A DNA stretch of 64,000 bases from Gemmatimonadota bacterium (lineage in GTDB: Bacteria > Gemmatimonadota > Gemmatimonadetes > Palauibacterales > Palauibacteraceae), in NCBI GenBank assembly GCA_046484665.1, contig JAWOIN010000073.1:20918-84917 (forward strand), written 5' to 3'. Below the pieces are notes generated by a model. It was not told the origin of the DNA, searched no databases, and saw only the letters and a list, made by a program, of their open reading frames with translations. Every line of letters starts with the position of its first letter. Position 1 is the first letter of the stretch. Made by a program: the position numbers and the translations under genes. Positions 32,634-41,267 of this stretch are shown in pieces.

Positions 32634-33740
32634 ATGCTGAACGAATCCGGGACTACGAACCTCCGCAGCCTTCTCGAGGAGATGATCGAGAAGGGGGCCT
32701 CCGACCTCCACATCTCCGCGGGCGAGGTGCCGAAGCTCCGGGTCGACGGCCGGCTCGTGGACAGCGCCTGCCGTCAGCAGCTCACGCCCCGCGACACGCA
32801 GTCGCTCGCCTACTCGGTGCTGACGGAGGTCCAGAAGAAGCGGTTCGAGCAGGACGACGAGCTCGACCTCTCGTTCGCCGTTCAGAACCTGTCGCGGTTC
32901 CGCGGGAACGTGTTCCGGCAGCGGGGAACCGTCGCGATGGCGATCCGCCAGATCCCGTTCGAGATCCTCAGCTTCCAGGAGCTGAACCTGCCGCCGGTCA
33001 TCGCGGCGCTCGCCGAGCGCCCGCGGGGGCTCGTCCTCGTCAGCGGCCCCACGGGCTCCGGGAAGTCGACCACCCTGGCGGCGATGATCGACAAGATCAA
33101 CCGGGAGAGGCACGGGCACATCGTCACGGTCGAAGATCCGATCGAGTTCGTGCACCGTCACAAGAACTGCCTGGTGAACCAGCGCGAGGTCGGAAGCGAC
33201 ACGGGCTCGTTCGCGAACGCCCTCAAGTACGTGCTCCGGCAGGATCCCGACGTCATCCTCGTCGGCGAGATGCGCGACCTCGAGACGGTCGGGGCGGCCC
33301 TGACGATCGCGGAGACCGGGCACCTCGCCCTCGCGACGCTGCACACGAACTCGGCGGCGGAGTCGATCAACCGGATCATAGACGTGTTCCCCTCCCACCA
33401 GCAGGACCAGGTGCGGGCGCAGCTCGCTTTCGTGCTCGAGGGCGTCGTGACCCAGACCCTGCTCCCGCGGCGCGGCGGACGGGGACGGATCGTCGCCTGC
33501 GAGATCATGGTGGCGACGCCCGCCATCCGCGCGCTGATCCGGGACGACAAGGTGCACCAGCTCTACTCGGCGATGCAGTCGGGGAAGAAGTTCGGAATGC
33601 AGACGCTGAACGACGCGCTCTACTCGCTCTACGTGCGCGACGAGGTCACGCTCGAGGAGTGCGTCCGGATCAGCTCGGACCCGGTCGAGCTCAAGCGCAT
33701 GGTCGGCGAGGTGGAGCCGCCGGTCGCGGCGGTCCGCTGA
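32634..33740 (+). CDS. pilT: Twitching motility retraction ATPase PilT
   Basis: Walker A GPTGSGKSTT, PilT signature AIRALIRDDKVHQ, 368 aa. Confidence 0.9.
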   Translation: MLNESGTTNLRSLLEEMIEKGASDLHISAGEVPKLRVDGRLVDSACRQQLTPRDTQSLAYSVLTEVQKKRFEQDDELDLSFAVQNLSRFRGNVFRQRGTVAMAIRQIPFEILSFQELNLPPVIAALAERPRGLVLVSGPTGSGKSTTLAAMIDKINRERHGHIVTVEDPIEFVHRHKNCLVNQREVGSDTGSFANALKYVLRQDPDVILVGEMRDLETVGAALTIAETGHLALATLHTNSAAESINRIIDVFPSHQQDQVRAQLAFVLEGVVTQTLLPRRGGRGRIVACEIMVATPAIRALIRDDKVHQLYSAMQSGKKFGMQTLNDALYSLYVRDEVTLEECVRISSDPVELKRMVGEVEPPVAAVR

Positions 33741-33776
33741 TCGGCCGGGAACACCGAGCCCGGGGAAAGGGACGTC

Positions 33777-34976
33777 ATGCCCGTCTACACGTACAGCGCC
33801 CGAACCGTCGGCGGAGAACTCAGGCGCGACCAGATCGAGGTTCCGAGCCGGGAAGACGTCGTCTCGTTCCTCCGGGCCCAGAAGCTCATCCCCGTGTCGA
33901 TCCGCGAGAAGCCGAAGGGGATCTCGATGCCGCTCGGCAAGCGGCTCAAGAACCGGGACCTGGTCATCGTGACGCGGCAGTTCGCCACGATGATCAACGC
34001 GGGGCTCCCGCTGGTCCAGGCGCTCGACATCCTCGTGAAGCAGACCGACAGCAAGATCCTGCAGTCGACGCTCGAGGGGGTCCTGCACGACGTCGAGTCC
34101 GGAAACACGCTCGCCGACGCGCTCCGCCAGCACCCGAAAGTGTTCTCCCCCCTCTACGTGAACATGGTGGCCGCCGGCGAGACGGGCGGCATCCTGGACA
34201 CGATCCTGCTTCGTCTCTCCGTCTTCCTCGAGAAGAACGAGGCGCTGGCCCGCAAGGTGAAGGGGGCCATGATCTACCCGGGCGTGATCAGCTTCGTCGC
34301 GGTCTCGGCGATCGTGGTGCTCCTCCTGTTCGTGATTCCGACCTTCCAGTCGATGTTCGCGAGCTTCAACCAGCAGCTGCCGCTGCCGACGCGAGTCGTC
34401 ATCGGGATGTCGGCCATCCTGCAGGCGTGGTGGTGGGCGATGCTGGCCGGGGCGGGCGGCGCGGCGTTCGTGTTCCGCCGCTGGCTGGCGACCCCGGGTG
34501 GACGGCTGACGTTCGACCGCCTCATGCTGCGGGTGCCGATCCTCGGGAACCTGGCGCGCAAGTCGGCGGTCGCCCGCTTCACCCGCACGCTCGGGACCCT
34601 GCTCAGCTCCGGCGTCGCGATCCTGGACGGACTCGAGATCACGGCACGGACGTCCGGCAACCGGGTCATCCACGACGCGATCATGAAGAGCCGGAGCTCG
34701 ATCGCGGGCGGCGAGTCGATCTCGCAGCCGTTGCGCCAGTCCGGCGTGTTCCCGCCGATGGTCACGCAGATGATCAACGTCGGCGAGGAGACCGGAGACC
34801 TCGACGGCATGCTGACGAAGGTCGCAGACTTCTACGATGACGAGGTCGACGTCGCCGTCGAGTCGCTGCTGAAGGCGATGGAGCCCGCGATGATCGTGAT
34901 CCTCGGGACCGTGGTCGGCGGGATGATCGTGGCGATGTACCTTCCGATCTTCGGGATGATCAACACGATCCAGTGA
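33777..34976 (+). CDS. pilC: Type IV pilus inner-membrane platform protein PilC (GspF family)
   Basis: 399 aa, two GspF repeats, three TM segments. Confidence 0.9.
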   Translation: MPVYTYSARTVGGELRRDQIEVPSREDVVSFLRAQKLIPVSIREKPKGISMPLGKRLKNRDLVIVTRQFATMINAGLPLVQALDILVKQTDSKILQSTLEGVLHDVESGNTLADALRQHPKVFSPLYVNMVAAGETGGILDTILLRLSVFLEKNEALARKVKGAMIYPGVISFVAVSAIVVLLLFVIPTFQSMFASFNQQLPLPTRVVIGMSAILQAWWWAMLAGAGGAAFVFRRWLATPGGRLTFDRLMLRVPILGNLARKSAVARFTRTLGTLLSSGVAILDGLEITARTSGNRVIHDAIMKSRSSIAGGESISQPLRQSGVFPPMVTQMINVGEETGDLDGMLTKVADFYDDEVDVAVESLLKAMEPAMIVILGTVVGGMIVAMYLPIFGMINTIQ

Positions 34977-35017
34977 GGAGGTGGCCGGCGGTCCGGACAC
35001 GGCCCCCCGCGACCGGA

Positions 35018-35428
35018 ATGGCAGACTGCATCGGACTTCTCGGCCTCGACGAGGACGAGCTCGGATCGCGGCTCGGCGAGGCCACCTCGCGACGGGCGGC
35101 GGCCGGCGACGTCTGGCTCGTCTACGTATCGGACCGGCTCTCGCTCAGGGTCCGGTGCGCGCGGCGCGCCCCGGGAGAGCGCCCCCGCGTGGCCTCCTGG
35201 ACGGCGAGCTTCGCTCGCGGTCACGAGACCCTCTCGGACGCGGCGCGGTCGGTCGGCCTGTGGCCGCTGGCGGCGCCCGACCAGGAGGCCCGGACGGTCC
35301 GGGCTCCCCTCATCCGCCGGCCGCTGCCCTGTCCCGCCTCGGGCGATGTGCTCTCCCTGACCGCGACGGTCCGGAACGGGCGGATCACGCAGATCTCGGT
35401 GTTCGACGAGCCGCCCGACTGGATCTGA
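35018..35428 (+). CDS. Hypothetical protein (136 aa), weak call
   Basis: Protein-like composition where pilD would be expected; weak RBS; competing frame 34981..35496 is Arg-rich junk. Confidence 0.3.
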   Translation: MADCIGLLGLDEDELGSRLGEATSRRAAAGDVWLVYVSDRLSLRVRCARRAPGERPRVASWTASFARGHETLSDAARSVGLWPLAAPDQEARTVRAPLIRRPLPCPASGDVLSLTATVRNGRITQISVFDEPPDWI

Positions 35429-35587
35429 GCGCGAGGGGCCCACGCCGGGCCCCGGGGTGCCGGCTCTTGCATCCTGCAAGGCCACGGCTATCATAGCTCC
35501 GACCTGCGTGGCGTTTCGCCGGGCCGTCCCGGAGGGGGAGCCGGTGGAGCGCGTTCCGGACTCCCCAGAGCGGAGACCGACCCCGGG

Positions 35588-37423
35588 GTGCTGCGGACCC
35601 TGAAGTCCGAGAGAAGGCTCGCCGCGGCGCTCGAGCCGCGTCAGGTCCTGTACTGGATCTACGCGGCCCGCCTGCTGATCGCGCTCTCCGTGTTCGGGGC
35701 GGCGCTCGTCGTCTCCGACCTGCCGTCCGGCCTGTCCCTCGCCGCCGACGCGACGGCGGGACTCGCGGCGCTCGGGCTCGGCGCGGCGGCCGTCCTGACG
35801 CCGGTCGCGTACCTGATGAGCCACCGCAGGCGCCGCCTCCCGGGCCTGCCGTTCCTGCTCTCGCAGGCCTTGCTCGACATCTTCCTTGTGAACGCCGCGG
35901 TGTTCATCACCGGCGGCTACCAGAGCCCGTTCGTCTCGCTGTTCATCGCGCTCGCCGCGGCGTACGCGCTCGTGCTGCCGCTCTCTGTGGCGCTCCCCGT
36001 CACGCTGGCGACGGGCCTCGTCTACGTCCTCGCGAGCGTGATCGGGCAGCCGGCGGGCGCCAGCGTGCCGCTGCTCCTCGCGCAGGTCGCGATGTTCACG
36101 CTGGTGGCGATCGTCGCGAGCACGATCGGGGCCCGCCTGCGCGTCGTCCGGCAGCAGCTCCGGAGCATCGAGGGCGAGCTGCGGCGGCTCGAGATCGACA
36201 CCGCGGACGTGCTCCGGATCATCCCCACGGGCGTGGTGACCGTCGACGCCACGGGCCGCCTCGTATACATGAACCTCGCGGCAGCCGAGCTTCTCGGTCT
36301 CGACGTGGAGCAGGCGCTCGGGAAGGACGTTCGTCCGTTCCTCGAGCGGCTCTCCCACGACCTCGCGGCGGCCGTGGACGAGACCGTCGACCGACGCCGG
36401 CGGATCCGGAACCGGGAGCTCGAGATCCGATCGCCGTCGGCGGCCGCCCCGGCCGCGGACGGGACGCCCCCGGGGGGCGTCCAGGGGGTCGGACCGGGCG
36501 GGGTCGAGACGCCGGTGCCGGTCTCCCTGAGCTCCACCGTCCTGCAGGGATCCGGCGGCGACAGCTCCAGCGTGCTGCTGCTCCAGGACCTGCGGCCGGC
36601 GCGCCAGCTGGAGGACCTGCGCCTGCGGGCCGGGCGGCTGGAAGCGGTGGCGGAGCTCTCCGCGTCCCTCGCGCACGAGCTGAAGAACCCGCTCGCGTCG
36701 GTCCGGAGCGCCGCCGAGCAGCTCGCGAGGAGCGCGTTCGAGGACGCGGACGACCGCACGCTGAGCCGCCTCATCGTTCGCGAGAGCGACCGGCTCGACG
36801 GGATCCTGAAGGAGTTCAGCGACTTCGCGCGGGTCGACGTCGCGGCGCGCCGGCAGATCGACGTGGCGCGGCTGATCCGGGAGGTGCTCGAGACGGTGGG
36901 GAGCCACCCGGCGGCCGACGGGCGGGCCACCCTCGAGGCCGACGTCGCGGACGAGCTCGGCGGCCTGTGGGGCGATCCCGAGCTCCTCCACCGGACCCTG
37001 CTGAACCTGGTGCTCAACGCGGTGCAGGTCGGCGACCCGGCCCGTCCGGTCCGGATCCGCGTCGTGGCCGACGCCCTCCGGCCCGATCTCGTCCCGGGCG
37101 GGATCTCGATCGGCAACCCGGTGCGGATCCGGGTGATCGACGACGGTCCGGGCATCGAGGCCCAGGACCTCCCCCGGATCTTCGACCCCTTCTACACGCG
37201 GCGGTCCGGGGGGAGCGGGCTCGGGCTCGCGATCGCCCACCGGGCGGTCCAGGCCCACGGCGGAGCGCTGCTCGTCAGCTCCGTGCCGGGGCAGGGGGCG
37301 ACGTTCGCGATCGTGCTGCCGCGGCGCGTCGCTCGGAGCCGGGAACTGTTCGATGAGCGCATGGGATCGCCGGCGGGATCGGATCCCGCGGCCGCGGTCG
37401 CCTCGGAGGCGAGCGGAACCTGA
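35588..37423 (+). CDS. pilS: Sensor histidine kinase, PilS-like
   Basis: Six N-terminal TM helices, H-box SLAHELKNPLASV, HATPase_c N, G1 (DDGPGI) and G2 (GGSGLGLAI) boxes; followed by pilR. Confidence 0.8.
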   Translation: MLRTLKSERRLAAALEPRQVLYWIYAARLLIALSVFGAALVVSDLPSGLSLAADATAGLAALGLGAAAVLTPVAYLMSHRRRRLPGLPFLLSQALLDIFLVNAAVFITGGYQSPFVSLFIALAAAYALVLPLSVALPVTLATGLVYVLASVIGQPAGASVPLLLAQVAMFTLVAIVASTIGARLRVVRQQLRSIEGELRRLEIDTADVLRIIPTGVVTVDATGRLVYMNLAAAELLGLDVEQALGKDVRPFLERLSHDLAAAVDETVDRRRRIRNRELEIRSPSAAAPAADGTPPGGVQGVGPGGVETPVPVSLSSTVLQGSGGDSSSVLLLQDLRPARQLEDLRLRAGRLEAVAELSASLAHELKNPLASVRSAAEQLARSAFEDADDRTLSRLIVRESDRLDGILKEFSDFARVDVAARRQIDVARLIREVLETVGSHPAADGRATLEADVADELGGLWGDPELLHRTLLNLVLNAVQVGDPARPVRIRVVADALRPDLVPGGISIGNPVRIRVIDDGPGIEAQDLPRIFDPFYTRRSGGSGLGLAIAHRAVQAHGGALLVSSVPGQGATFAIVLPRRVARSRELFDERMGSPAGSDPAAAVASEASGT

Positions 37424-37466
37424 ACGTGGAGCGCCGCCGGGCGCTCCCACCCGACAGGGGAAACCG

Positions 37467-38831
37467 ATGCGAGACAAGCCCGTCCTCCTGCTGATCGACG
37501 ACGAGCAGCACCTGGTCGAGACCGTGACCGTGCTCCTCAAGCGCGAGGGCTTCGAGGTGATCGCGGAGTTCTCGGGCGCCGACGGACTGCGACGCTTCAA
37601 GGAGGAGCAGCCCGACATCGTGCTCTGCGACGTCCGGATGCCGAAGGTCAGCGGCATCGACGTGCTCGAGGAGATCCGGAAGAGCAGCCCCGAGACGCCC
37701 GTCGTGCTGATGACGGCGCAGGCCTCGCTCCAGTCGGCGATCCAGGCCGTGAACCTGGGAGCCACGCACTACGTCCAGAAGCCGTTCAAGAACGACGAGC
37801 TGATCGCGATCCTCAACCGCTCCCTCGACTGGGGCGCGCTCAAGAAGGAGAACGTCGGGCTCAAGCGCGAGCTGAAGAAGCAGCAGACCCTCAAGGTCGG
37901 CAAGCCGATCGGCGTCAGTCCCTCGTTCCGGGCCGCGCTCGACCTGGCGGAGAGCGTGGCGGACAGCGAGTCGACGATCCTGATCGGAGGCGAGAGCGGG
38001 ACCGGGAAGGAGGTGTTCGCGCGCTACATCCACGACCTGTCGCCTCGCTCGAGCCGCCGGTTCCTGTCGCTGAACTGCGGGGCGCTGCCGGAGGGGCTCC
38101 TCGAGTCGGAGCTGTTCGGCCACGTGAAGGGGAGCTTCACCGGGGCGGTCAAGGACAAGGAGGGGCTGTTCGTCGCCGCCTCCGGCGGGACCTTCTTCCT
38201 GGACGAGGTAGGGGAGATGGCTCCCTCCACGCAGGTGAAGCTGCTCCGCGTCCTCCAGCAGCGCGAGGTGATCCCGGTCGGGTCGACGGACCCGATCCCG
38301 GTGGACGTGCGCCTGATCGCGGCCACGAACCGGAACCTCGAGCGCGACATCGAGGAGGGCCGGTTCCGGCGCGACCTCTACTATCGGCTGAACGTGATCT
38401 CGCTCGAGCTCCCGCCCCTCAGGGAGCGGGCGGAGGACGTGCCGCTGCTCGCCCAGCACTTTCTGGCGCTCCAGACGGCGGACGGAGAGGAGCCGCGGAA
38501 GCTGTCCCCGAAGGCGCTCCAGGTGCTGCAGGAGTATCACTGGCCGGGCAACGTCCGGGAGCTGGAGAACGTGATCGAACGGGCGGTCGTCCTCACCGCC
38601 GGACCGACGATCAAGCCGGACGCCCTGCCGGAGCGGCTGCACGAGGCGCCGTCGGAGCCGCTCGTCCAGGACCGGCCGCCCGCCAACCCGGCGCTCGAGA
38701 TCATCGAGCGGGCCTACATCGAGCACGTGCTCCGGGCGGAGGGCGGCAACAAGACGAAGGCCGCGGAGGTCCTCGGGATCGATCCCAGCACGCTCTATCG
38801 CAAGATCAAGCGGTACGATCTGGAGGGTTGA
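37467..38831 (+). CDS. pilR: Sigma-54-dependent response regulator PilR (NtrC family)
   Basis: Receiver domain (LLIDDE...DVRMP), AAA+ sigma-54 interaction domain with GESGTGKE and GAFTGA-like GSFTGA, C-terminal Fis HTH. Confidence 0.9.
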   Translation: MRDKPVLLLIDDEQHLVETVTVLLKREGFEVIAEFSGADGLRRFKEEQPDIVLCDVRMPKVSGIDVLEEIRKSSPETPVVLMTAQASLQSAIQAVNLGATHYVQKPFKNDELIAILNRSLDWGALKKENVGLKRELKKQQTLKVGKPIGVSPSFRAALDLAESVADSESTILIGGESGTGKEVFARYIHDLSPRSSRRFLSLNCGALPEGLLESELFGHVKGSFTGAVKDKEGLFVAASGGTFFLDEVGEMAPSTQVKLLRVLQQREVIPVGSTDPIPVDVRLIAATNRNLERDIEEGRFRRDLYYRLNVISLELPPLRERAEDVPLLAQHFLALQTADGEEPRKLSPKALQVLQEYHWPGNVRELENVIERAVVLTAGPTIKPDALPERLHEAPSEPLVQDRPPANPALEIIERAYIEHVLRAEGGNKTKAAEVLGIDPSTLYRKIKRYDLEG

Positions 38832-38868
38832 CGGTCGCTCGACACTTGTTGCATACGGGAGAAAGGTC

Positions 38869-38881
38869 TTGCACAGTGCAA
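38869..38881. promoter_or_regulatory. Perfect palindrome TTGCAC-A-GTGCAA, candidate PilR/EBP binding site (UAS)
   Basis: Read from sequence; ~100 bp upstream of the sigma-54 promoter. Confidence 0.35.
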
Positions 38882-38967
38882 CGGAGCGTCTCTCCGGGTC
38901 GGACGGAGACGGCTCCGGCCGGGTTCACAACCTGTTGACGTACAGATGCTTAACGGTTCGATGAGGG

Positions 38968-38985
38968 TGGGGCACGAGGGTTGCT
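38968..38985 (+). promoter_or_regulatory. Sigma-54 (RpoN) promoter of pilA: GGGCACG-N4-TTGCT
   Basis: Matches -24/-12 consensus TGGCACG-N4-TTGCW at 6/7 + 4/4 positions; ~95 bp upstream of pilA ATG; downstream of pilSR. Confidence 0.6.
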
Positions 38986-39078
38986 CTCCCCCCGCGTCAG
39001 GAGGAAGCGCCTCCATCGCCGATCGTCGCACACACAGGGACAGGACAGGATCCGGACCCGCGAACCCAGGGAGGGACT

Positions 39079-39459
39079 ATGCTCCGCGACACCAAGGGCT
39101 TCACCCTGATCGAGCTGCTCATCGTGGTCGTGATCATCGGCATTCTCGCCGCGATCGCGATCCCGCAGTTCGCCAGCACCAAGGAGAAGGCGTTCGACGC
39201 CGCCGCGAAGAGCGACCTTCGCAATCTGATGGCCGCGCAGGAGGGCTACTACGCGGACAACCAGACCTACGCCGCCGCCGTCGCAGATTTCGGGACGGCG
39301 TTCGTCGAGAGCGAGCAGGTCACCGTGACGATCACCAGCGGCGACGCCATGAGCTACGAGGCGACCTCGAAGCACGCGGGAAGCTCGGAGACCTGGTGCG
39401 TGAACACGAACGAGGCCGCCGGCGACCCGGGCAAGATCGTCAAGAGCGCCGACTGCTGA
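39079..39459 (+). CDS. pilA: Type IV major pilin PilA
   Basis: Prepilin leader MLRDTKG|FTLIELLIVVVIIGILAAIAIPQF (class III signal, Glu+5), C-terminal disulfide loop C...C; strong GGGAGGGA RBS. Confidence 0.9.
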   Translation: MLRDTKGFTLIELLIVVVIIGILAAIAIPQFASTKEKAFDAAAKSDLRNLMAAQEGYYADNQTYAAAVADFGTAFVESEQVTVTITSGDAMSYEATSKHAGSSETWCVNTNEAAGDPGKIVKSADC

Positions 39460-39540
39460 GCGGACTCCGTCCGGCGGCTCGCGGCGGGATCGGCGGGAGC
39501 CCGACGTTCCGGATGGAGATGCTTCGAACGCGGTTCGATC

Positions 39541-39575
39541 GCGACACGGGGCGACCTTAGGCCGCCCCGTGTCGC
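39541..39575 (+). terminator. Strong GC hairpin downstream of pilA (intrinsic terminator / attenuator)
   Basis: gcgacacggggcg(acc) ttag (ggc)cgccccgtgtcgc, 13-16 bp stem, no U-tract. Confidence 0.5.
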
Positions 39576-39639
39576 ATCCGCGCATCCCGCCGCGGCCCGC
39601 ACGGCCGTTCCAGTCGGCCCTGGACCCGGAGCCCGAAGC

Positions 39640-41256
39640 GTGAAGCGGCTCGTGGCGGTGATGATCCCGGCTTGCCTGGCGGGCCTGGCGCTCGCCTGGA
39701 TCGTTCCCGGGCTGGACGATGTGGGGGTCACGGTCGACGAGCCCCAGTACTTCTTCTCCGTCGAGCGGATCCAGGAATGGTACGGTCTCCTCTCGACCGC
39801 CCCGCGATCCGCGCTCCGGGATTCGGCGATCGTAGCGGCGTGGGACCCGCCGGAGACACGCTACTGGAATCCGCACCCACCGGCGTACAAGCAGCTGATG
39901 GCTCTGACGGAAGCACTCGCGGGCGAGACGCTCGGACGAATCGCCGGCTACCGAGTCGCGCCGGCCGTGCAGTTCGCCCTGCTCGTCGCGGGGGTTTCGA
40001 TCACGGGTTCCGTCCTCGCGGGGCCGATCGCGGGAGCGGGTGCCGGACTCGCCCTGCTCGCGATGCCGAGGGTGGTCGGTCACGCGCACATCGCGGCGAC
40101 GGACATGCCGCTGACGCTGTTCTGGTTCGTTGCGGCGATCGGGCTCGGACTTCACATGCTCCGGGGTGGACGAGCGATCCTGCTCCTGGCGGCCGGGGCG
40201 CTCGGTTGCGCCATGGCGACGAAGTTCACGGGATGGCTGATTCCGGTCGCGGTCCTGCCGTGGTGTCTGATCGAGCGGAAGGGGAGGGGATTCCTGGCGT
40301 GGGTCGTGCTCGGGTTCCTGGTCGCGTGGGTTCTCACCCCGCCGGCCTGGACGCACCCGTTCGGGCAGATGGAGGCGCTGTTCCGCGAGAGCATCACGCG
40401 GGAGACCCACACGGAGGTCAGCACGCGGTATTTCGGCCTCACATACGGTTACATCGTTCCGTGGCATCACCCGTTCGTCATGACGCTGATCACGGTGCCG
40501 GTCGGAGTGCTGGCGTTGGCGACGGCAGGCCTCTTCGGCTTCGTCCGCGACAAGCGCGCCGCCGGGCGGGAAGACGAGGCGACGACGCCGAGCGCCTCTG
40601 TGGCGGGGCTCGCCGTGCTCCAGATCGTCTTCTTCCTGGCCCTCGTCGCTCTGCCGCACTCTCCGAACCACGACGGTGTCAGGCAGTGGCTCCCGATGTT
40701 CCCCTTCGTGGCTCTCCTCGCGGGTCTTGGCTTCTCCCGACTCGCTCGTCTGGCGGACCTGCGCCGGGCAGGAAGGGGACGGGCGCCGCTCGTCCTGGCC
40801 CTTGGAGCGGTGTTCCTTCTCCCCGGAATCTGGCAGACGGCGCGGGTGGCGCCATTCTACCTATCCTTCTACAACGGGCTGATCGGGGGACTTCCGGGTG
40901 CACGGGACCGCGGGATGGAGATCAGCTACTGGAACGACGCGATCACTCCGACCTTCCTGAGGGAGGCCGAGCGAGCGCTTCCCCCGGGGAGCGTGGTGGT
41001 CGGGCATCCGAGCCCGGCCTACTTCCGGGAGCTTCAAGCACTCGGGCTCGTCCGCGGCGACCTGCGGTTCGAGGCTGTCTGGCCTCCCCGGTACCTGCTG
41101 CTGATCGGGCGGATGAGCTACATGCCCGACCCCCTCCTCCCTGACATCTACTCGCAGATCAGGCCCGTCGTGCGGACCGAGCTGGATGACGTCACCTTGG
41201 CCGGGCTCTACGTTCTCGAAGGAGAGCCGAAGACGGGGAGCATGGGCGGGCCCTGA
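39640..41256 (+). CDS. GT-C fold membrane glycosyltransferase (ArnT/PMT-like, GT83/GT39 family); candidate pilin glycosyltransferase
   Basis: 538 aa, ~11 TM helices, first periplasmic loop motif VDEPQYFF (DEx(R/Q)Y of ArnT/PMT family); immediately downstream of pilA. Confidence 0.7.
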   Translation: MKRLVAVMIPACLAGLALAWIVPGLDDVGVTVDEPQYFFSVERIQEWYGLLSTAPRSALRDSAIVAAWDPPETRYWNPHPPAYKQLMALTEALAGETLGRIAGYRVAPAVQFALLVAGVSITGSVLAGPIAGAGAGLALLAMPRVVGHAHIAATDMPLTLFWFVAAIGLGLHMLRGGRAILLLAAGALGCAMATKFTGWLIPVAVLPWCLIERKGRGFLAWVVLGFLVAWVLTPPAWTHPFGQMEALFRESITRETHTEVSTRYFGLTYGYIVPWHHPFVMTLITVPVGVLALATAGLFGFVRDKRAAGREDEATTPSASVAGLAVLQIVFFLALVALPHSPNHDGVRQWLPMFPFVALLAGLGFSRLARLADLRRAGRGRAPLVLALGAVFLLPGIWQTARVAPFYLSFYNGLIGGLPGARDRGMEISYWNDAITPTFLREAERALPPGSVVVGHPSPAYFRELQALGLVRGDLRFEAVWPPRYLLLIGRMSYMPDPLLPDIYSQIRPVVRTELDDVTLAGLYVLEGEPKTGSMGGP

Positions 41257-41267
41257 CAGGAGCGGCG

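Noticed and set aside
34981-35496. 171-aa Arg-rich ORF after pilC
   Set aside because: Composition (R/G/P-rich, no hydrophobic core) indicates non-coding; the competing frame 35018-35428 is more protein-like but still weak
32559-37765. Long minus-strand ORFs (32559-35000, 34832-37765)
   Set aside because: Antisense to pilT/pilC and pilS, which have clear catalytic motifs; R/D/E-rich junk translations
39029-39047. GGACAGGACAGG short tandem direct repeat upstream of pilA
   Set aside because: Too short and single-copy to be a CRISPR array or repeat family. It may be part of the pilA 5'UTR, so it is noted within the promoter finding only
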